Shown: piece after piece, positions 10,888-21,082 of the stretch
How the letters are laid out: every line of letters starts with the position of its first letter
Position numbering within the stretch: position 1 is the first letter of the stretch
Origin: an uncultured delta proteobacterium
Lineage (GTDB): Bacteria; Bdellovibrionota; FAC87; UBA2466
Assembly: GCA_963778115.1 (NCBI GenBank)
Contig: CAVZSV010000004.1
Coordinates: forward strand, 1,792,001 to 1,856,000
Direction: 5' to 3'
Length of the DNA stretch: 64,000 nt
Position numbers and translations under genes: made by a program
The notes under the pieces: model-generated
Told to the model about the DNA's origin: nothing
Database searches by the model: none
Seen by the model: the letters and a program-made list of their open reading frames with translations, nothing else

Positions 10888-12170
10888 GCAGCGGCCGCTA
10901 ATGATAGGAGGTGGCTGTCGCAATGAGTTTCAATTTCCTGCAGATATCTATCCACAATAACCTCCCATCGATAGTGGGAAATCACGTGGGCCCTCGCTTG
11001 ATTTTTAAATTCCACCAATTGACTCCCTTGGAAAGATAGGACTCTACAAAGCTTAGCGGCTAAGTCCTTCGCATCTGCGACCCGAAAGTAGTACGCGCCC
11101 ATGCCATCAACGATCGCCCCTACGTTACCGCCAACGTAACTAAGCACGGCGGGAGTTCCACAAGCCATGGCTTCGAACGCAGCTGTCGCCGAGCCCTCGG
11201 TATCCCCCTTTTCATCGATGCAGGAGGGGAGAACGAAAACACAGCAAGATCGCAGAAGTATTACCAACTCAGATTCAGGAACGAACCCAGGGAGAGAAAC
11301 CCGATCTTCGAGATGCCACTCTGAGCGCTTCCGGGCTATCTCGTCGTACAGCGGGCCTCGTCCTCCTAAGAGGAGAACCACATCTTGGTCACTTTCGGAC
11401 AGCCATCTCATGGCTTCCATAACAAAACGATGGCCTTTGCGAGCGACCATCCGACCGCTGAAGAAGATAAAACGTTTTCCGTAGACTCCATATTTTCGTA
11501 AGACCTCTGGATCAGCGGATCCTGGACTGTAATACGCGATGTCGATACCATCGGGAATCAAAGCGACGTCGGTGCGGCCCGTGAGAGATCGAACTGCGTC
11601 TACCGTAGCTTGACTTATTCCCGCCACCACGTCAGCTCTTGTCGCCGCAAAGGTTAGAAACCGACGGGTCCACCCGAGACGTCCCTGTTGTACGGGAAAA
11701 AGTTCCGCTCCGTAAGCAGTAATAACGACCGGCCGCCCCGTAAAAAATTTGAGAAGCACTCCGAGAAAACCGTTGGGAAACAGCCAATGCGCGTTGATCA
11801 AATCGATCTTGAATCGGCGAATAAGTCGAAATGCGGTAAGAAGCATCGACGTAAAATAGAAAGGCACTTGAATCTGGTTCCTCAATTTTCGAATATTCTC
11901 TGGGATCCCGGCACCTGCCGTTAGTGTTTCCAGTCCGGGAAAGAAGTAGTGAAAGCGATGAACCTCAATTCCTTCGATCTGAGATGCGGCCCGCTCTCCT
12001 GGCTCGTGGTTGGTAACCACAAAAACCCGAAAACCTCGTCGAAGAAGGCCCTTCGCCATGTCATGTACAAATTTGCCTCGGACCACCTGGGCGCCGTTGA
12101 GATTGCTAAAATCGGATTCCCTCGGATAGGAGGTGGTCAGAATACAGACGGAAGGCTTTGTTTGCGACAT
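10884..12170 (-). CDS. Glycosyltransferase family 4
   Basis: HW-type N-domain motif NAHWLFP, GRMVARKG, FVLPS...TEGSATAAFEAMACG. Confidence 0.9.
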   Translation of the reverse strand: MSQTKPSVCILTTSYPRESDFSNLNGAQVVRGKFVHDMAKGLLRRGFRVFVVTNHEPGERAASQIEGIEVHRFHYFFPGLETLTAGAGIPENIRKLRNQIQVPFYFTSMLLTAFRLIRRFKIDLINAHWLFPNGFLGVLLKFFTGRPVVITAYGAELFPVQQGRLGWTRRFLTFAATRADVVAGISQATVDAVRSLTGRTDVALIPDGIDIAYYSPGSADPEVLRKYGVYGKRFIFFSGRMVARKGHRFVMEAMRWLSESDQDVVLLLGGRGPLYDEIARKRSEWHLEDRVSLPGFVPESELVILLRSCCVFVLPSCIDEKGDTEGSATAAFEAMACGTPAVLSYVGGNVGAIVDGMGAYYFRVADAKDLAAKLCRVLSFQGSQLVEFKNQARAHVISHYRWEVIVDRYLQEIETHCDSHLLSLAAAA

Positions 12171-12172
12171 GC

Positions 12173-13318
12173 CTACTCCATACAGTGAAATCGTAAACGC
12201 TCGCAGATGTATTCAAGATCGGAGGAATCTAGACCTGCGTGCGTGGGGAGGCTAATTCCCCTCAATCCCACCGAGGTCGAGACTGGAAAATCGCCCGAGG
12301 GTGATTCATAAGGAGGCATCATGAAGATCGGATAGAATATGGGGCGGGTCTCAATACCATCCGTGTCCATTCGTTTCATCACTTCATCACGACTCAACTT
12401 GCATTTCGAATTTATCAGAACCGTGAACATCCAGTAGCAGTGCTTCGATTCCACCCTCTCTACCGGCAAGGTCAACACCGACTCTGTTCCCTTGAGAAAT
12501 TCCCGATAGCTCTTTGCAATCTCTTGGCGTTTATTGAGGTGCCAATCGATCGATTCCAATTGGCCTAAGCCGATCGCCGCTTGAATATTGGTCATTCGGT
12601 AGTTGTACCCTACCACGTCATGCCAATAACGACGCTGCGGGGACATCCCCTGATTGCGAAATAGCTTCATCCTTTGGGAAAGCCACGGATCGTTGGTAGC
12701 AACCGCCCCCCCTTCCCCGGTAGTGATGATCTTATTTCCGAAAAAGCTAAAGGTACCCGCATCGCCGATGCTACCGGCGGGTTTTCCCTTGTAAACGGAT
12801 CCGTGTGCTTGAGCAGCATCTTCGATCACAAAAAGTCCCCGCATTTTAGCCAGCTCCATCACCGGATCCATGTCGACGGGCATTCCAAAGAGATGAACGA
12901 CGATAATGCCTTTTGTCCGTTTGGTAATTTTTTCTTCGATTTTTTTGGGGTCGATATTCCAAGTGTCGGGCTCACAATCCACAAACACCGGTGTCGCTCC
13001 ACAATAACGAACCGCATTGGCCGTAGCAATGTAGGTCAGAGCGGGGATAATCACTTCATCACCGGGTTTTAAACCCTTTGCCATCAAGGGAAGATGGAGT
13101 GCTGCGGTCCCGTTGAAACAGCAGACCACCTCTCGAGTGTGAAGATACTTTGCAAACGAGGTTTCAAATTTCTCGATATATTGTCCAGAGGATGAGACCC
13201 ATCCCGTATCGAGACAATCAAGGACATACTCTTTCTCTCGGCCATTGAATACGGGTTGCGCCACTGAAATCTTTTTGGACAAAAGCCTATCCGTGGCAAC
13301 ACGAGCTAAACGTTTCAT
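12173..13318 (-). CDS. DegT/DnrJ/EryC1/StrS aminotransferase (perosamine-synthase-like)
   Basis: NGTAALH, IEDAAQAHG, FSFFGNKIITTGEGG (PLP Lys), GYNYRMTNIQAAIG. Confidence 0.92.
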   Translation of the reverse strand: MKRLARVATDRLLSKKISVAQPVFNGREKEYVLDCLDTGWVSSSGQYIEKFETSFAKYLHTREVVCCFNGTAALHLPLMAKGLKPGDEVIIPALTYIATANAVRYCGATPVFVDCEPDTWNIDPKKIEEKITKRTKGIIVVHLFGMPVDMDPVMELAKMRGLFVIEDAAQAHGSVYKGKPAGSIGDAGTFSFFGNKIITTGEGGAVATNDPWLSQRMKLFRNQGMSPQRRYWHDVVGYNYRMTNIQAAIGLGQLESIDWHLNKRQEIAKSYREFLKGTESVLTLPVERVESKHCYWMFTVLINSKCKLSRDEVMKRMDTDGIETRPIFYPIFMMPPYESPSGDFPVSTSVGLRGISLPTHAGLDSSDLEYICERLRFHCME

Positions 13319-13613
13319 GGAATTAACTCTCTAAAATAAATTTTGTTTGAGAAGATGTCTGGCAGGAAAAACCGACTACCATAACATTATAGCCGAAGGC
13401 GCAATCGCTTTCATAGCCCGCTGAATCAAACCTCACCCCATAATTGATAAGAACGATATCCAAGCACTTCGGGCAGGCTATGTTTATAATTCTGGCTTTC
13501 CATACCTAACGCGCCGCGAGATAACCTTGAGTCTAAATAACGGCATCGGAGTCGCACGTTGCGAATTGAATCCTGGCCCTATAAAATTTCAGAAACGAAA
13601 TTCAGGAGCATTC

Positions 13614-15062
13614 ATGAGTGAGTTTAACTGCGGTTTTGAGACGATAGGAAACGCCACCATCCTCTGCCATGATGCCGGCCAGTCGATACTTGCCACCGAT
13701 CCGTGGATTCCTTTGGAATTGAATGGCGGGACATCAGCTTATTTCGGCAGCTGGACACTCTCTCACGAGATTCCCGAGCCGCAGTACCAATCTATCCGTG
13801 ACGCAAAGTATGTTTGGTTTTCCCACGGCCATCCCGATCATCTCAATCCCGAATCACTTTCCTTATTTCGAGAAGCGAAGATTCTCTTACCCGACCATTT
13901 CGGCAAACGAATTTATGATGATCTAAAGCGGGATGGCTTTGATGTCACAGTTCTTCCCGATTTCAAATGGACTGCGCTCTCTAATCGAATCCGGGTACTC
14001 AATATTTCGAACCATAATCAGGACGCTATCCTGCTTATCGATATTAACGGCAGATTGGTACTCAATTTGAATGACGCCTTCGATACAGGGTGGGGCCGCT
14101 TAGTACGAAAAGAAATAAAGAAATATCCTATCTCCTTCTTGGCGAGCATCAGCGGTTATGGCGATGCGGACATGTTCAATTTTTTCGACGAGCAAGGAAA
14201 CTCCAACTTGCCCGAATATATCCTCAAGAAGCCCCCTATTGGTAAGGTGATGGCTCGCCGAACCGATAGCTTCGGAGCGAAATACTTTATCCCTTTTAGT
14301 TCACTGCACCGTTTTCAACGCACTGACAGTGCTTGGGCGAACGCCCATACGCCACGACTGGAAGACTATGCCAAAGGATATGATTCGAAGTCGTCTGAAA
14401 TTCTTCCGGCCTTTATCCGTTATAACTGCGAAACCGACGATCTAGAACTTATCCAGCCTAAAGCGACTAAGCCCATTCTCTATACGCCCGAAACTTTTGG
14501 CGATAACTGGAGCGATACCTTGGAAGCTAATGATTGTGACAAGCTATCGAAATATTTTTCACAGATTGAGAAATTAGGGCACGTTGTGGACTACATCCGT
14601 CTACGAGTTGGCGGGAAGGAGCACACTATAACGTTAGGCAAGGGAAACAACCGTCGAGGAATCACTCTCGAGGTACCTCGCAGCTCACTCATGAAAGCGG
14701 TCGAATATGAGATCTTCGATGATTTGCTTATCGGCAATTTTATGAAGACCTATCTCCATGGCGAATGGAAAGCGTCCCGACTCAATCCTGACTTTTCGCC
14801 CTTTATCGCCAAATATAGTGATAACGGTCGCGCCAAAAGCAAAGAGGAGGTCCGCGCCTATTTTGCCCATTACCGCAAGCGCATGCCGCTTGATTATCTA
14901 AGAGCGCAATTTCACAACCACGCCATACGCGTCATTACGGATCGCATCCCGACGAATTCACCGGTGCTCCCTCTGCTCAAGAAGACTTACTATTTCCTAG
15001 GAAGATCCTCGCGGAAGGGAAAGGCGGATCGAAATAGGTCAGGAATTACGAATCCGCTTTAA
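13614..15062 (+). CDS. Metallo-beta-lactamase-fold protein (UlaG / CMP-Neu5Ac-hydroxylase-like, no Rieske domain)
   Basis: TDPW...AYFGSW, SHGHPDH metal motif, NLND, IPFSSLH; RBS CAGGAG before ATG 13614. Confidence 0.75.
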   Translation: MSEFNCGFETIGNATILCHDAGQSILATDPWIPLELNGGTSAYFGSWTLSHEIPEPQYQSIRDAKYVWFSHGHPDHLNPESLSLFREAKILLPDHFGKRIYDDLKRDGFDVTVLPDFKWTALSNRIRVLNISNHNQDAILLIDINGRLVLNLNDAFDTGWGRLVRKEIKKYPISFLASISGYGDADMFNFFDEQGNSNLPEYILKKPPIGKVMARRTDSFGAKYFIPFSSLHRFQRTDSAWANAHTPRLEDYAKGYDSKSSEILPAFIRYNCETDDLELIQPKATKPILYTPETFGDNWSDTLEANDCDKLSKYFSQIEKLGHVVDYIRLRVGGKEHTITLGKGNNRRGITLEVPRSSLMKAVEYEIFDDLLIGNFMKTYLHGEWKASRLNPDFSPFIAKYSDNGRAKSKEEVRAYFAHYRKRMPLDYLRAQFHNHAIRVITDRIPTNSPVLPLLKKTYYFLGRSSRKGKADRNRSGITNPL

Positions 15063-15660
15063 TGGCGGAGAAATCGAGGGATAAACGAAGTTTCTCGTCT
15101 AAAAGCTGAAAGAAATACGACTCACCGACTCCGTCACGTTTGGAAAGGTATTGGGCAATAATAAAACCGATGAGGGTTTTTTGAATGAAAGAAGCTAAAT
15201 CTCGGATGTCTCCTCGAACGGTAAACTGTCTTTCAGCAACTCCCACCGTGAGATAAGCATAGATTCTGTCCTCTCCAACGGCAAAAAGACGCTTTAGCAG
15301 ATCTTGCATAAATTTGCTGTGCGCGGTCTTGGCAATACTAAGCATCAAAACCGCCACTTGATCGGGATGGCGCTTAGCCCATAGGAAGTTTCCTTCGATA
15401 TGCGTCGATAGCCCTTCATAGGCAGTCTTCGGTTTTCGCTTTTCTAAGAGTTTTGTCACTACCAGATGATTCACTTCCGCGATGTATCCGGTGAGCGAAT
15501 CAAATAGGGTCTCCTGCTTAGGAAAATAGTAAAAAATTCCTGACTGGGCGACGCCCAGTTCGTCGGCAATGGCTTGAGCGTTGGTTCGCTCGATGCCAAG
15601 CTTACCGATGCATCGAATCGCCGCATCGAAGATTTCAGTTTTTTTATTTTTTTTTGGCAC
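15046..15660 (-). CDS. TetR/AcrR family regulator
   Basis: HTH IADELGVAQSGIFYYFPKQETL. Confidence 0.9.
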   Translation of the reverse strand: MPKKNKKTEIFDAAIRCIGKLGIERTNAQAIADELGVAQSGIFYYFPKQETLFDSLTGYIAEVNHLVVTKLLEKRKPKTAYEGLSTHIEGNFLWAKRHPDQVAVLMLSIAKTAHSKFMQDLLKRLFAVGEDRIYAYLTVGVAERQFTVRGDIRDLASFIQKTLIGFIIAQYLSKRDGVGESYFFQLLDEKLRLSLDFSAIKADS

Positions 15661-17083
15661 GTTCTATATCCGATTGAATTACCTTTACGATTTCTAGCTG
15701 GTCCGGTGTCAGATGGGAAGGATGCTCTAGCTGTCGCCGAACCATATTACCGACAAATTCATCTCTAGAAGCTCTCATGATGTAGGCGCCATTGGGCAAA
15801 CCAAAAACGTGAGGAAGCATTTCTAACACTTTAAATCCAAGCTCTTCGTATCCGACCCTAAGAAGGTCTCGTCCGACGTTGGGTGTGTAGGGAATCGTAG
15901 GATTCCTTTCTTCACTGGTTTGCTTAGCGGCCTGGGTTAACCATTCCATGCCAGGCGCCGCGAATACCACTTCCCATGCCGGACTGGCCTCCGGCGGCCT
16001 ATTGGGATCCGGGGGCAACGGAGAAAGCAGATAGACTGAGCGAATCGGACGAAGCGAAAGAAGTAAAGAAGTCCCGTAATAGAGCTGAGTCCGAGCGGTT
16101 GGTGCACTTCCCGCAGGGTTATTAAACCTTCCCAGCTCCGCCACCTCCAGGGCTTCTGAGGGAAGATTGCGTCTGCGAAAATCGAGAAGCATCTTAAGGA
16201 GGCTTGCGACATCCCTTTTTCCATAACCTTCGATCACTGTCGCCATATAGATCTTGTGCTTAAAGAAAAATCCGTCGGAGAAAAGTCCCGGATACTGGGC
16301 AGAGTATTTTTTGGAATCGTGCTCGGGAATAGCTCTTTCCGTATGTGCTTCAAGCGGCAAGACCCCCCAATGATCCATAGAGCTTTTAAGATAGAAAGGG
16401 GCCGCCAATACTTCATCCCCGTCAAAGCCAAACCGAGCGTCTAATTGTCTATAGAGAAGAAGGCTAGAAGAACTAAGAGGGCTTTCTAACGAATATCGAG
16501 GCCAGGGACCGTCGGGAGTCATGTACGGATCGTAATAGGTGATTTTTGCGGACGCGCGAATGATCTTTGCACCGAGCCTTGTCTCTGCCAGAACCCAACC
16601 CGAGTCGGGAACGCTAATATGATCCCCACGAAAGAGCTGATCACTCAGTACCGGGCTCAAACTCAACTTACTTCCCATTCGGTCGATTAACGGAGCCAAG
16701 TTATCGTGCATCGCCTCCCAAAGAGGAAAGACCGGAGAGAACATAAAGTCCTGTCCCCAACCGCCTGAGAGGGTAACAGACGATTCCGATTGTCCTGAGG
16801 GAACCGATATCCCTTTCATCAAAGCGATTAGCTCGGGATGCTCGTTAATAAATTCATAACGCGATTGGATTAAGTTCGGATCCAAGCCTTGAAGACGGGT
16901 TAGGTTGGATACCCAACCGGAAAATTGGCGACGGGAGGAAAAAAAATTGTCCTGACCTAGACGATAGAGGTCATTCACAACGCGAGCGGAACAACCCGAT
17001 CGCTTCCAAAGAAAACCAGCATCCGCCGCTGGGGTTATCGCCAACAGAGTCGTTAGGATTATGAGTACTACCGCGTTTCGCAC
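15644..17083 (-). CDS. Secreted hypothetical protein, possible C-terminal GNAT/acyltransferase-like domain
   Basis: Signal-peptide-like N-terminus; EVAELGRF and YEELGF motifs in the C-terminal third; overlaps the tetR start. Confidence 0.6.
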   Translation of the reverse strand: MRNAVVLIILTTLLAITPAADAGFLWKRSGCSARVVNDLYRLGQDNFFSSRRQFSGWVSNLTRLQGLDPNLIQSRYEFINEHPELIALMKGISVPSGQSESSVTLSGGWGQDFMFSPVFPLWEAMHDNLAPLIDRMGSKLSLSPVLSDQLFRGDHISVPDSGWVLAETRLGAKIIRASAKITYYDPYMTPDGPWPRYSLESPLSSSSLLLYRQLDARFGFDGDEVLAAPFYLKSSMDHWGVLPLEAHTERAIPEHDSKKYSAQYPGLFSDGFFFKHKIYMATVIEGYGKRDVASLLKMLLDFRRRNLPSEALEVAELGRFNNPAGSAPTARTQLYYGTSLLLSLRPIRSVYLLSPLPPDPNRPPEASPAWEVVFAAPGMEWLTQAAKQTSEERNPTIPYTPNVGRDLLRVGYEELGFKVLEMLPHVFGLPNGAYIMRASRDEFVGNMVRRQLEHPSHLTPDQLEIVKVIQSDIERAKKK

Positions 17084-17284
17084 AAGGAGCGGTTTTATAC
17101 CACATCTGGCATTCCGGAGCCGATGATCATTTTACTTCAAAATAACTCTTTAAAACTTTCCCTTATATTTTATGTAGTTATGTCGTAAATGCTGATTAAT
17201 TACTCAAAATTTAGGTAGTATTTAAACAAATAAATTGACAGTCTACAAAGCAAAAATTAAGCCGGGGAGCAGGAGGAGATTTCG

Positions 17285-18310
17285 ATGCGACTAGTTAACA
17301 TTAGCTCACGCTCTTTGTGGTTATGGCTGATGGTGTTTTGTTTTTCTCTAAACCCTCCCGCGGCGACCGCCGGTTGTGCCCAATGGATCTGCTGGCTCTT
17401 TCAGACAAGACCCCAGGGGAGAAGCCAGCAAAGCCTAGATCTTGAAACCATTCGGGTGAATCGGAAACTCGCCATTGAAGAGCGCCAAGCCGCCATCCAC
17501 CAGTACTCGGCTCCGCAACGAAAAACATGGAAACAAAAGTCCTTTGTCCTAGCGGATTGGGCACTCGCAACTCTACTCGGCACAAGAGTGCTAATGGGAC
17601 TCCCTTCCGACTCCGAGACGATTCTAACGACACTGGCATTAGTTCCGCCCACTCTATTTGCCGCCGATTTCGCCTCTCAACTTTTCCACAAATGGCTCGA
17701 TAGCTATGCCAGTGAACAAAACTGCATTTGGGGTGCGGGAGCCAGAGAGTTTCGTAAGCACCACGAATTTCCTGATAACTTGAATCATGTCGACCCGCTC
17801 AGTCACATCACCGCGTTCGGCCCGGTAATGATGCCTTTTTTCATCGGAGCGAATTTCGTCGATTGGAGTCCCGAGTGGGGCGCTTCGGTATGGCTTTTTC
17901 TCATGGCAGGTTTACACGCTACCGAATTTCATCGGCAAGCTCATCTCAAGGAGCCCAATGTTCTCTTTAGGTGGCTGCAGACGGCTAGAGTTGCGATCTC
18001 GCACGAAGCACATATGAAACATCACGGACGCCCCTTCGACGGTGAATTTGCGATCTTAAACGGCTGGTCGAACGCATTCGCACGTCGCCTCGACCTATGG
18101 AGACGCCTTGATCTCTTATTTTGGAAAGTTACCAGAACGATGCCGCACAATTGGGTTCAGGATCCCAGTTCCATTCCGCCCGAGGTATTGACCGACTTAC
18201 AAGAGGCGCTCGATGAAATTCCAGCCGAAATCGAAGATGTCGCTGAAACTTACCCTTCTCGAGTACCTGCAGAAGTCAGAGAACTTCTCCTAAAAGCCCA
18301 CGCCGAATGA
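17285..18310 (+). CDS. carF: CarF/TMEM189/FAD4-family lipid desaturase
   Basis: His boxes ADFASQLFHKWLD, FRKHH, FHRQAH, HEAHMKHH, and FAILNGWSN; strong RBS GGAGGAG. Confidence 0.85.
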   Translation: MRLVNISSRSLWLWLMVFCFSLNPPAATAGCAQWICWLFQTRPQGRSQQSLDLETIRVNRKLAIEERQAAIHQYSAPQRKTWKQKSFVLADWALATLLGTRVLMGLPSDSETILTTLALVPPTLFAADFASQLFHKWLDSYASEQNCIWGAGAREFRKHHEFPDNLNHVDPLSHITAFGPVMMPFFIGANFVDWSPEWGASVWLFLMAGLHATEFHRQAHLKEPNVLFRWLQTARVAISHEAHMKHHGRPFDGEFAILNGWSNAFARRLDLWRRLDLLFWKVTRTMPHNWVQDPSSIPPEVLTDLQEALDEIPAEIEDVAETYPSRVPAEVRELLLKAHAE

Positions 18311-18327
18311 GTACCGACCGAAATCTC

Positions 18328-18876
18328 TTAGAGGGTGATGGGACAAGCGACGCTGCTTCCGTCCCAGTGGCATAATTTCGAACCTACGGAAAACCAAACA
18401 TAGCTATTTGCCGTGAATCTAAGATTAAGAACAGGATTCCCATCCGTCGTCGAATAGATGGTCGTTGTGGACGATCCATCCCACGAATAGAGATTGCTGC
18501 CGGCCGTAAACCAAACATAACTATCCTGGGTAAATAAGATCGCCGAAATAGCAAGCGCGTCCGTGGTTGTGGCTACTCGAGTGACGGATGTACCATCATA
18601 ACGATATAAATTTGCCCCTCCACTGAACCAGACGTTGCTATTAGCGGTGAATTTTATATTTTGAACGGGCGATCCGTCTGCAGTGGTATAAACCAAAGCG
18701 GTGTTAGTGCCATCCCACGAATAGAGTTTGGAGCCTGCCGCAAACCAAACGTAGCTCGATTCCGTGAATTCAATGCTGCTTATTGATGTGGGATCGCTAA
18801 TATTGTGAACGGTTAAGTCCGCGCCAAAAACCGATGAACAAAGCCCTAAAAGAACAAACCCATAAAGTAATTTCAT
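18328..18876 (-). CDS. Secreted protein made of four ~39-aa beta-propeller-like repeats
   Basis: Repeat consensus D.xx(I/V)xxIxFTxxSxVWFxxGxxLYxWDG; signal peptide from ATG 18876 with RBS GGGGG. Confidence 0.8.
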   Translation of the reverse strand: MKLLYGFVLLGLCSSVFGADLTVHNISDPTSISSIEFTESSYVWFAAGSKLYSWDGTNTALVYTTADGSPVQNIKFTANSNVWFSGGANLYRYDGTSVTRVATTTDALAISAILFTQDSYVWFTAGSNLYSWDGSSTTTIYSTTDGNPVLNLRFTANSYVWFSVGSKLCHWDGSSVACPITL

Positions 18877-18935
18877 AATACCCCCACTCACGGAGATATA
18901 TTCAATGGGTTCGGGTGTCAATTTAGGAAGCCTTC

Positions 18936-19874
18936 TTAATGAAAAGAGGTAACCCGCACGCCGTGCTGATACCCCCAAAGATAGTTGGAAAACTCGCGGC
19001 TATTCGAACCGGTAATGACATTCATCCCCGAAACTTCATAGCTAGACCCGTATGGCCGTTGGACTTTTCCTTCCACGAAGAGCCCCTCTCCGTTTTCTAA
19101 CACCGAATTGAGCACCGTCCAAAAACGGGAGGTTTGATCCCACATTTCTCTCACCATTCCCGACTTGAGAATAATCGCTTGCGGTTGGACTCTTAACAAT
19201 TCACGAGGAAGCCAACTGTCTTCCGTGGAATTTTCTGCAGTAATCTCTAGATTAAGCTGGATCAAACGACGAAGGGGGGTTCCGTTGCCCGTATCAAAAT
19301 CACAAATTCCGTGAGTTCGATAAACCCCTTTTTCTTCTCGCTCGATAAGCTGAACTCGTCGAAGACGTACCTGTGGAATCGAGACGGAAAGCATTCCCAA
19401 AGTCCTTGAACCAACCTCTGTAAGTTCATCGAGCTTGTGAACAGGAACAAAGCCAGCTGCTGGTGGACCGTAATTCGGTATCACTCTAAAAGTATTTCCG
19501 ACGCGAGAGACACTTTCCACGAAGGGATGGTTATCAATGGCGATGACTTGTCTGGCGTTCGGAAAGAGAAGGAATGCCAGAGCTGCGTCGGTGCCTGAAA
19601 AAGGATAGAGCACGGTCTCGACCTCTTTCGCCTGAGGGAAGGCGTTTTCGATGTCGCCTCCTAGAGTACTTAAATGGGAGAGATAACCTGGTAACCGGTA
19701 CCGGGGGCTTCCCCAACCAGGAAACCGCCTCGGCTCGGACTTGGCTACGACTCTGGTCTGTGGAATATGAAAACGATTCCGGCGCGACATTTCTGCGACC
19801 GATACCGCGCATCCTAAGGAATAATTGAAAGACCCCAGAGCAAGAAAAAGACCGATGTAAGACGCTGTCGGCAT
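18936..19874 (-). CDS. Hypothetical protein (possible Rossmann/methyltransferase-like fold)
   Basis: 312-aa ORF containing VLYPFSGTD...FPNA...IAID. Confidence 0.6.
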   Translation of the reverse strand: MPTASYIGLFLALGSFNYSLGCAVSVAEMSRRNRFHIPQTRVVAKSEPRRFPGWGSPRYRLPGYLSHLSTLGGDIENAFPQAKEVETVLYPFSGTDAALAFLLFPNARQVIAIDNHPFVESVSRVGNTFRVIPNYGPPAAGFVPVHKLDELTEVGSRTLGMLSVSIPQVRLRRVQLIEREEKGVYRTHGICDFDTGNGTPLRRLIQLNLEITAENSTEDSWLPRELLRVQPQAIILKSGMVREMWDQTSRFWTVLNSVLENGEGLFVEGKVQRPYGSSYEVSGMNVITGSNSREFSNYLWGYQHGVRVTSFH

Positions 19875-20085
19875 ATAAAGGGACCTCTTCTATCGGTTTA
19901 TTTGAAATAATTCAATGAGGGGCGCAAAAACCGGCGTATTTACATTAAGTTAATCGGAATAGATCTAAGTATTCTTTTGACTCGGAGCCGATACCGTCGG
20001 AGAATTTTAAAGCAAATCGAAAGTCCAATCGCTAAAACGTGTCCTTCCCAGACTAAAGACTCTTAACCCCAAAAGGAGAGTTCAA

Positions 20086-20436
20086 ATGAATATTCTATTG
20101 TGGATTTTTCAAGGCTTGCTGGCTTTCTGGAATATAACGGGCGGCATTTATACGGCTATGAATTATGAACAACTCAAAAGTGCTTGGGCAAGCGGTTTAC
20201 CCAAGCCTGCTTGGATAGCCGTCGGCGGACTCCAAGCTCTATTTGCACTAGGTTTAATCTTGCCGGGTTTAACCGGTACTTTACCCAAACTGACTCCTAT
20301 ATCGGCAGGGTATCTATCCGTTAACTCGCTCGTGGGATGTCTGTTATTCGCCAAGTACGCAGGGTTCCCAGGCATGCTCTGGGGTATTGTGCCCGCAATG
20401 GTAGCTGCATTTGTGGCTTATGGGAGAATGTCCTAG
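20086..20436 (+). CDS. DoxX-family membrane protein
   Basis: MNILLWIFQGLLA...GLILPGLTG...LTPISA...AFVAYGR; RBS AAGGAG. Confidence 0.8.
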   Translation: MNILLWIFQGLLAFWNITGGIYTAMNYEQLKSAWASGLPKPAWIAVGGLQALFALGLILPGLTGTLPKLTPISAGYLSVNSLVGCLLFAKYAGFPGMLWGIVPAMVAAFVAYGRMS

Positions 20437-20994
20437 GTCGTTCTGAAAGAGCGGAGCACCGACCCGAAGTTTATTGTTTGCAGACAAGAAATCGTCCGAT
20501 GGAATCGTTTCCAACAGCCCGGCCTGAATAGCTTGCGGAATGGTCAAAGCTTGCATCCGACGAAACAAGTCTGCACGAATGTCCTTTACCCCCACAGAGG
20601 TATTTCTTATTTCTCCGAACTCAAGCTTTCTCTGTTTTTCACAATAGGAGGGTCCCTTTAGACTAGACCCTTCGCTCTTCTTTAATTTCAGATCCACGAC
20701 TGTGGTGCGGATCTCGTCTTGGATAAACTGAGCACCACAAATGATAGAGACTCCCTTCTTGGTGGGGAACCACTGAGAAATCATACAAACCATTTGCTAT
20801 CTCTATGAACGAATACTTATTAATATTTTGCGTCTCCCACGCCGAGGCAATATTAGCCAGCTCCGTTATTTGCTGGGTAACTAAATCGATAAGGTAAACC
20901 CCTTCCGCAGGCTCTGTTCCGTCCTTTAAATGAATCTTGCCCAGAGCGACCGAAGACAAAGAAAAGTCAAAAGAAGTGCAATTGAGGATTTCAC
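20344..20994 (-). pseudogene. Probable frameshifted secreted protein
   Basis: GTG 20994 gives MKSSIALLLTFL, which continues in another frame as LSSVALGK (ORF 20663-20959) and then as IQDEIRTT (ORF 20344-20793). Both shifts fall in short T runs. Confidence 0.4.
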
Positions 20995-21082
20995 ATAAAT
21001 GAGGATATTTTCGCGGGCATGGAAAGGCAAACTTCCTACTCAGAGGAGATCTTTTTCTTTCGATATGGTATATGCCCCGACC

